From Callorhinchus milii (taxonomy: Eukaryota), in assembly GCF_018977255.1 (NCBI RefSeq), contig NW_024704754.1, forward strand, positions 18,600,001 to 18,664,000: a stretch of 64,000 nucleotides of DNA, given 5' to 3'. Numbering within the stretch: the stretch's first letter is position 1; every line of letters begins with the position of its first letter. A program made the translations under genes and the position numbers. The notes under the pieces are model-generated. The model saw only the letters and a program-made list of their open reading frames with translations. It ran no database searches and was not told where the DNA came from. Positions 57,975 to 64,000 of the stretch are shown in pieces.

Positions 57975-60413
57975 TTAATACCCACCACTTGTACGGATTG
58001 AGTCTGTGAAGGATTTTGACAATTTGCTGTCATTAACACGGATATCATTGAAGGGCAGGGTCGGATTACATGGCTGCAGAAAGAGAAATTCCGTAGTTGA
58101 TGCTTCTGGAGATAAAGAAACCCTGAAATTATAAGCTTCGCGTTGGGAGGTTGCCTGACTCACTCCAGGTAAGTGTGGAGGTCCTTTTGGTGTAGGTCTG
58201 CGATTCACAACATCCCTGGCAAATCGACGCCCGAAGCACCAAGTCATGTAGCTCTGGCTTTGCAAGATACCTCTGTCCTGGTGACACTTCACTGCAACCA
58301 GAAAAATAATAGCTATGAGAAATATCAAGGACGTGGAAGCTAGCGTAATGATTAAATAAAAATTTAGCTCTGAGAAATGCTGAGGCTTTCCGGGCCGGCC
58401 ACTGCGTTCAGATAGCGTTTCAGTCACATTGGGCAGGATTGAAAACAGTACAGTGGCGGTGCTGGACAGCCTGGGTTGCCCATTGTCCATCACCATGATG
58501 ATCAGATGTTGTGTGGGGTCATCCTGTTCCGTGATCTTTCGCAGTGTCCTGATTTCTCCAGTGAGGCGTTCCAGGCTGAACAAACTGCGATCGGTGGCGT
58601 CAATGAGTTGGTAGGAGAGACGTGCGTTCTGACCGGAATCTGCGTCTGCGGCCATCACCCTGGCGATCAAGTCACCCGGGTAAGTTGACTGAGGTGCAAT
58701 TTTCACGGCAGCTGAGGCGTTCCATGTTACCGATGAGACAACAAGCGGCGCATTATCATTCTGATCCAGGATAATAACATTCACGATAGCGCTGCTGCTC
58801 ATTGGCGGAAATCCTCCATCCTTGGCATGAACGTTGATCCGGAAACGTTTTAGTTGCTCGTAGTCAAAGGAGCGCAGTGCGTAAATAGTCCCACTTTGGG
58901 AGTTGATAGTAACGTAAGGAGATTCACTTTGTATCCGGTTGTCTTCCAGAACCGAATATGAGACTTCGCCATTCTGATCCAGATCAGGGTCTACAGCTGT
59001 AACCGCCGATATAGAGGCTCCGGGAGCATTGTTCTCCATCACATACACATTGTAGGAGGACTGCGTGAAGAGAGGAGCATTGTCATTCATATCGGAAACT
59101 GACACCGAGATTGTCTTATTTGTTGAGAGAGGGGGAGTCCCCGAATCCCAAGCTGAAATTGAGATGTTGAACGAGGGACTTGTTTCACGATCCAGTGCAT
59201 CACTAGTAACCAATTTATATTGGTTCTTGGAATATGTTTGGATTTTAAATGGGATGTTCATAGGGACTTGGCAATAAACGTGTCCATCTTCTCCAGAATC
59301 TCGATCCTCTATACTAATCACAGCCACCACAGTCCCCAGCGCAGCGTCTTCGGGGATCATGCGAGACACTGAGGTCAATTTAATCTCGGGGAAATTGTCA
59401 TTCACGTCAGTTATACCGACCAAAACCTTGGCATGACCTACCAAGGAATGTTGGCCATTATCCACAGCTTGTATATCGAGCTCATAAATATCGGATTCCT
59501 CAAAATCCAGCAGACCTTTAACTGTAATCTCTCCGGTTTCTGGGTCCAATTTGAACAACTCGCTGACTCTTTGGGAAGCATGATTACTGAAAGAATATCT
59601 TACCTCCGCATTCTGCCCTTCGTCCGAATCAACGGCGTGAATTTGCATCACCAGGGTATCTTCCGGTGCGTTTTCTACCACGTTAGTTCTGTATATATCC
59701 TGACCAAATACAGGCGCATTGTCATTCGCGTCAAGTACAGTGATTATAGTCTGAGCTGTGCCAGATCTATGTGGTATTCCACCATCAATGGCTGTTAGCA
59801 CCAGCTGAAATGTTGACTCTTTTTCGCGGTCTAAAGGTTTCTCCAACAGTAACTCGGCAATTTTTACGCCGTCGCTTCTGCTCTGCATTTTTAAACCAAA
59901 GTAATCGTTTGAACTGATTTGATAAGTGTTGACTGCGTTGGTTCCTATATCCGGATCGTGTGCGCTCTTGAGGGGAAACCGCGCCCCTGGCGCTGTTAAT
60001 TCAAAGACTTGCAGGAAAAATACACTCTTCGGAAAACTGGGAGAATTATCGTTTATGTCTCTGATCTCCACTTCAATGCGATACATTCCCAAAGGATTTT
60101 CGACCGCTGCTTCCAAAGAAATGAAACAGGTCGGGCTCTGTCCACAGAGCTGTTCCCGGTCGATTCTTTCATTGACAAATAAAATCCCATTTTCCAAATT
60201 TACCTCCAAGTATCGCTTCTCGTGTTCAGAGCCCAGGCGGAACCTGCGAGCGAACAATTGCCGAACGTTTAATCCCAAATCTTCAGCGATGTTCCCAACA
60301 AAGGCTCCCCGCTCCTGTTCCTCGGGAATCGAGTAGCGAATTTGTCCGATTACCAGCTCCGGGAGTAGAAACAGGAGCGTGAAAACAGCTCCTCTATTTA
60401 GCGCAATCTCCAT
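57975..60413 (-). CDS. Clustered protocadherin V17, intact (812 aa from MEIALNRG), divergent singleton
   Basis: Full ORF 57975..60458, first ATG at 60413; six EC, TM, tail YNFRVSLSPEASTTEFLFLQPC. Confidence 0.96.
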   Translation of the reverse strand: MEIALNRGAVFTLLFLLPELVIGQIRYSIPEEQERGAFVGNIAEDLGLNVRQLFARRFRLGSEHEKRYLEVNLENGILFVNERIDREQLCGQSPTCFISLEAAVENPLGMYRIEVEIRDINDNSPSFPKSVFFLQVFELTAPGARFPLKSAHDPDIGTNAVNTYQISSNDYFGLKMQSRSDGVKIAELLLEKPLDREKESTFQLVLTAIDGGIPHRSGTAQTIITVLDANDNAPVFGQDIYRTNVVENAPEDTLVMQIHAVDSDEGQNAEVRYSFSNHASQRVSELFKLDPETGEITVKGLLDFEESDIYELDIQAVDNGQHSLVGHAKVLVGITDVNDNFPEIKLTSVSRMIPEDAALGTVVAVISIEDRDSGEDGHVYCQVPMNIPFKIQTYSKNQYKLVTSDALDRETSPSFNISISAWDSGTPPLSTNKTISVSVSDMNDNAPLFTQSSYNVYVMENNAPGASISAVTAVDPDLDQNGEVSYSVLEDNRIQSESPYVTINSQSGTIYALRSFDYEQLKRFRINVHAKDGGFPPMSSSAIVNVIILDQNDNAPLVVSSVTWNASAAVKIAPQSTYPGDLIARVMAADADSGQNARLSYQLIDATDRSLFSLERLTGEIRTLRKITEQDDPTQHLIIMVMDNGQPRLSSTATVLFSILPNVTETLSERSGRPGKPQHFSELNFYLIITLASTSLIFLIAIIFLVAVKCHQDRGILQSQSYMTWCFGRRFARDVVNRRPTPKGPPHLPGVSQATSQREAYNFRVSLSPEASTTEFLFLQPCNPTLPFNDIRVNDSKLSKSFTDSIRTSGGY

Positions 60414-60690
60414 GTTCTGGGTTCGAATATGAGGCAAGTGCACCAAGATTAACCTCAATCCTTAAATGCTGAATTTAGTATCTTATTGAATATTTTATCT
60501 AAATGTATTCAGGTAGCCAAATGCGCGTCTTAATCCGAGACATGAAAGGTCTCACCTTAAGTACTCTGTCTAAAAATGGCTCCACAACCAAAGCCAGAGA
60601 GACAAACACTGCTCGCCTTTCTCTGTGGTTCTGCTCTGCCCTTTGTGAAGGGGGAGGAAGGGTAGATTTCTGGCAGCGTTTTCCCTCCTT

Positions 60691-60732
60691 ATTGGCCGAG
60701 AGAGATACAAAGAGCTCTGACCAATAAATACC
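60691..60732 (-). promoter_or_regulatory. V17 promoter: both CCAAT boxes kept, CGCT and TGCAG modules lost
   Basis: ATTGG(60691)ccgagagagatacaaagagctctgaCCAAT(60721)aaatacc. Confidence 0.85.
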
Positions 60733-60882
60733 CAGAGCTTCTCTTAAAGCTGGACTGTTCGGAATTTCTTTTTATATCCCAGCAAACCTTATATTTTATA
60801 TTTATGCAGTATATTTTAGTAGCGCAATATATAATTTTAACAATATATAATGCTTGTATAGTAACTTGTTACCATCCGATGT

Positions 60883-61015
60883 GAATGGCAAAGTCTCATA
60901 TTCGGTTCTGGAAGACAACCGGATACAAAGTGAATCTCGTTACGTTACTATCAACTCCCAAAGTGGGACTATTTATGCACTGCGCTCCTTTGACTACGAG
61001 CAACTAAGACGTTTC
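60883..61015 (+). repeat. 133-bp inverted duplication of V17 EC5 coding sequence (source 58842-58974)
   Basis: Plus strand gaatggcaaagtctcatattcggttctggaagacaaccgg...caactaagacgtttc is the reverse complement of 58842-58974, with 4 mismatches counted by eye. Confidence 0.95.
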
Positions 61016-61379
61016 ATTTAGATTTACTTTCACTCGATTGGTGGTTGCATTTTGATCGCCTCTCAATTCAGGATATCAATTCAGTCCTTACATAGTAAAT
61101 AGCCAGATATTAACGTCAACAACAGTGACAATCAAAAACAAACCTAACATTAAATCTACACAGAATTTATAGACCAATTGCATTATTGGATAATGGCTAC
61201 CTACATCTGTGTGTGCAAAGAACAGAGGGAGAATGTATAAATATTTACACAATCAATATAGGGTCAAAATTTCGTTCTTTGATTGAAATCACCTCTTGCC
61301 CCCTTCAAGTATATCAATATAAATTATCAGCAAAGCTAATTTTCGCAACTAACTGCTTCTCAAATCCATGTTTGTAACA

Positions 61380-62800
61380 TTGGCATTACACTTAAGGTAA
61401 AGTAGCAAGTCGGAAAAATGTGATTGACGTTGACCCTAAAGTGATGGTCAAATAAAGGTTTAGCTCTGAGAAATGTTGGGGATGTTTAGCTAAGTTACTG
61501 CTTTCAGAGGATGCTTCAGTGATATTTGCCAAATTGAAAAGAATATAGCGGCAGTGCTGGAAACCCTGGGTTGTCTATTGTCCTTCACCATGATGACCAG
61601 ATTGTTTGTTGTGAGATCCTGGTCTATAATGCCTCAGATGGTTTTGATTTCTCATGTCAACGTTTCGACGAAGAACAGACTGGGTCAGTGGCGTCAATGA
61701 ACTGGTAGGAAAGACATGCATTCTGACCAGAATCAGCATCTGACACTAATACCATGGCGATCAGGTCACCTGGGCTGATTGACTGGGACACGTTGGTGAT
61801 CCTTTCCTTGGCAATGGCGAATTAATCATAGGACGGTTGTCATTCTGTTCTAGAATTATCACTTTCACTCTGCTGCTGCTGGTCAGTGGAGAAGGAAATC
61901 CAGGATCTTGGGCTCCCACCTTGATCTGGAAGTAATTCAGGTGCTCATAGTCAAAGGAATTCAGCGGTAAACATTCCCACTTTTGGAGTTAATGGTAACA
62001 TAAGCGGACGCAGACATGCCCAACATTTGGTCCTCAAGAACAGAAAAGGAGATTTCGCCATTCTTGTGCAAATCAGGATCCAAAGCAGACACAGAAGATA
62101 TATAAGCACAGCGAGTGTTATTCTCCATTAGATACACATCATAGAAGGATTGTGAAAACCGTGGAACATTATTTTTTGCATCCAATACCATCCCCAAGAT
62201 TATTTTATTCATAGAGAGACGGGGAGTCCCCGAGTTCCAGGCCATAATAGACACATTGTACATAGAGGTACTTTCACGATCCAGTCTATCGCTAGCCATC
62301 AACTTGTAGTGGTTTCTGGAAGAGCTTTGAATTCTAAATTGCATGGTCCCCGGAACCTGACAGTGAACCTGTACATTTTGCCCAGAACCTCGATCGGTTA
62401 CAAAGATCACAACCACCACAGTCCCGGGAGCGGTGTCTTCAGAGATCCTACTGGTCACTCGGGTCTGTTTTCCCTCGGGATTGTTGTCATTCACATCCAT
62501 TAATTGGACAAAACTTTGGCACATTCACAGACCCTTTAATGATATGATTCTGCAATGGAAGTTATCTGATCAACACCAGGGTATTGCAATGGTTCCCTTA
62601 TTCTGGATCTACAATTAAAATTATCCTCCGAATTCACTGTTGCGCAACAGCAGACTGCGTTTAATAACTGTTTGCCTCTTCATAATCTAGATCCCCTTGA
62701 TCTCAAATCTCTCCAGTTTCCGGGTGCAACTGGACAGTTTGCGCACCCTTTGGGAAGCCAGGTTACAGAAGGAACATGTTAGCTCAGCTTTTGAACCCTG
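61380..62800 (-). pseudogene. Relic C: 5'-truncated, decayed protocadherin (part of EC3 to TM)
   Basis: ORF 61961..62524 is a degenerate EC4-EC5 ending in a stop (GNVYR*). Flanks give GSKAELTCSFCNLASQRVRKL (EC3) and HFSELNLYLTITLGSTS (TM start), with stops, frameshifts and lost Ca-binding motifs. No EC1-2 or promoter seen. Confidence 0.88.
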
Positions 62801-63460
62801 GAGGCAATAGCAATAGAATACATGCTTCTCAATGTCCCTTTCGAAAGTAGTGTCCCATATTACGCACAGAACACAGGGATATAATAAAGTGAAGCAGATC
62901 AGAACTAATAAGAAACACGATGAAAGTGACTTTAAGTCTGAGAATACAGACCATTGTATCAGATCGGTATCTCAATAGCTATCCCTTTTTGCAAAGTAAG
63001 TATTTTAACATTTAGCATCTTTGCGATTCTTTGAAATGCTACCTTGGATTTTCGTCCATAACACCGACAGTTATATTGTACCATCTAGTTTGTTTTAGAA
63101 AACAGAAGAGAGCAATGAAGAGGCCAATCATTACAGAGTGTTCAGAAATCTCTTCCGATTCACGCCCCGGGAGAAATTTATACTTAATCGGTTACTCCCT
63201 TTATTAACAGAATTCTAGTGACCGCTGGATGGCATTGACCATATATATATATGGAATTCGCAGAACAGCGAGAGAAGATTGTGGTCCATATCACTGATTC
63301 CAAAAGCTTGGGTGAGGGCTTTGCAGTTGAATTAGACAATGAACCCTCAAACTAATGAAATTGTCATTTTAACGGTTGCTTAAAATAGTAGCATTTACTG
63401 ACACAGCCTGTCGCCAACTCTTCCAAATCACTGCTACCATTTTCCTCACTGCACTGTATG

Positions 63461-63557
63461 ACAACAATAATCCTTGCACCTTATTACGTAGTTGAGACGC
63501 CTCAAAGCCCTTCACAGAATATACTGCAAAGTGGATTGACTGTATGTTCTGTGGGCC
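63461..63557 (-). mobile_element. SINE 3' tail fragment
   Basis: aataatccttgca...gagacgcctcaaagcccttcacagaatatactgcaaagtggattgactgt. Confidence 0.7.
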
Positions 63558-64000
63558 AGTGTGGTTTTTCAAAGAGATAAATAAATGCAGTGGTTTAGGA
63601 AAAGTTGTATGTTGCCTTTTGTCTGTAACTGTTTCAGGATAATTTGTTTTTTTGGTCTGATCAAGGCCGGAAACTATTTTTAACAAGGTGTGCAGCTCAG
63701 CCAGACCATTCTTGACCTTTTGGTGCCTAACAATCGCCATTGAAATATATTTGCAGCAGTGTAGAACATTGTCATCTGTTGAGGCATCTAATGCGTAATT
63801 TAAAACATTCTCTTGTTTGTTGTAGATGGGACCAGACGAGTGCCTCTCCGAATATGACGCTATTCTCTGATTAATGTACAATTCTCATATTGATTCTGAC
63901 AGAAGAAAATCATTTAGAAGGGTCGGGAACTGAGTTTCACATCATACGGGTTGCATAAACTGCTGTGTAAAAACACGGTGCTTTGTTTAGCTCTTTATTG

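Noticed and set aside
500-60310. CCAACAAAGGCGCC in EC1 as a possible exonic CTCF site
   Set aside because: Weak match to the CTCF core and fully explained by the conserved GAFVGN peptide.
382-60336. Many recurring plus-strand ORFs (e.g. ...SGSCALSRGKRAPG..., ...RLGCPLSFTKMTRLC...)
   Set aside because: They are antisense shadows of conserved cadherin codons and recur only because the sense genes are paralogous.
875-60732. Regularly spaced conserved 40-bp motif as a CRISPR-like or recombination-signal array
   Set aside because: Spacing is 3-5 kb and each copy precedes a gene; the DNA is eukaryotic; no heptamer/nonamer RSS seen. These are promoters.
63369-63881. 170-aa minus-strand ORF
   Set aside because: No recognisable domain; overlaps a SINE tail; likely a chance ORF.
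1-64000. Assigning specific symbols (PCDH10, PCDHGC5, Pcdh-nu etc.)
   Set aside because: Orthology cannot be set without a phylogeny; similarity to PCDH10 is limited to family-level and tail motifs.

Overview
Vertebrate genomic DNA, most likely from a cartilaginous fish (inferred from the Deu-domain tRNA-SINE, the CR1 remnants and the protocadherin type). Almost the whole window is a tandem array of clustered-protocadherin (Pcdh) variable-exon-type genes, all on the minus strand. I count 17 units, V1-V17 in coordinate order: 9 have intact ~800-aa ORFs, 7 are interrupted only by 1-bp deletions, and 1 is cut by the window edge. Each encodes a signal peptide, 6 cadherin repeats, a TM segment and a short cytoplasmic tail that ends in its own stop codon. 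No constant exons are present. Every unit has its own conserved promoter, in which a CGCT-box/CTCF-type element lies between two inverted CCAAT boxes exactly 25 nt apart. Three decayed Pcdh relics are also present. Most notable points: (i) the fixed CCAAT-CSE-CCAAT promoter architecture, (ii) an intact gene (V17) whose promoter has lost the CGCT/TGCAG modules but kept both CCAAT boxes, (iii) a 133-bp inverted copy of V17 coding sequence just upstream of that promoter, (iv) an orphan promoter with a 7-bp deletion, (v) strong domain-restricted homogenisation, including a 290-bp block identical by eye in five genes up to 45 kb apart, and (vi) a systematic 1-bp-deletion pattern that suggests sequencing error rather than pseudogenes. 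All alignments were done by eye.
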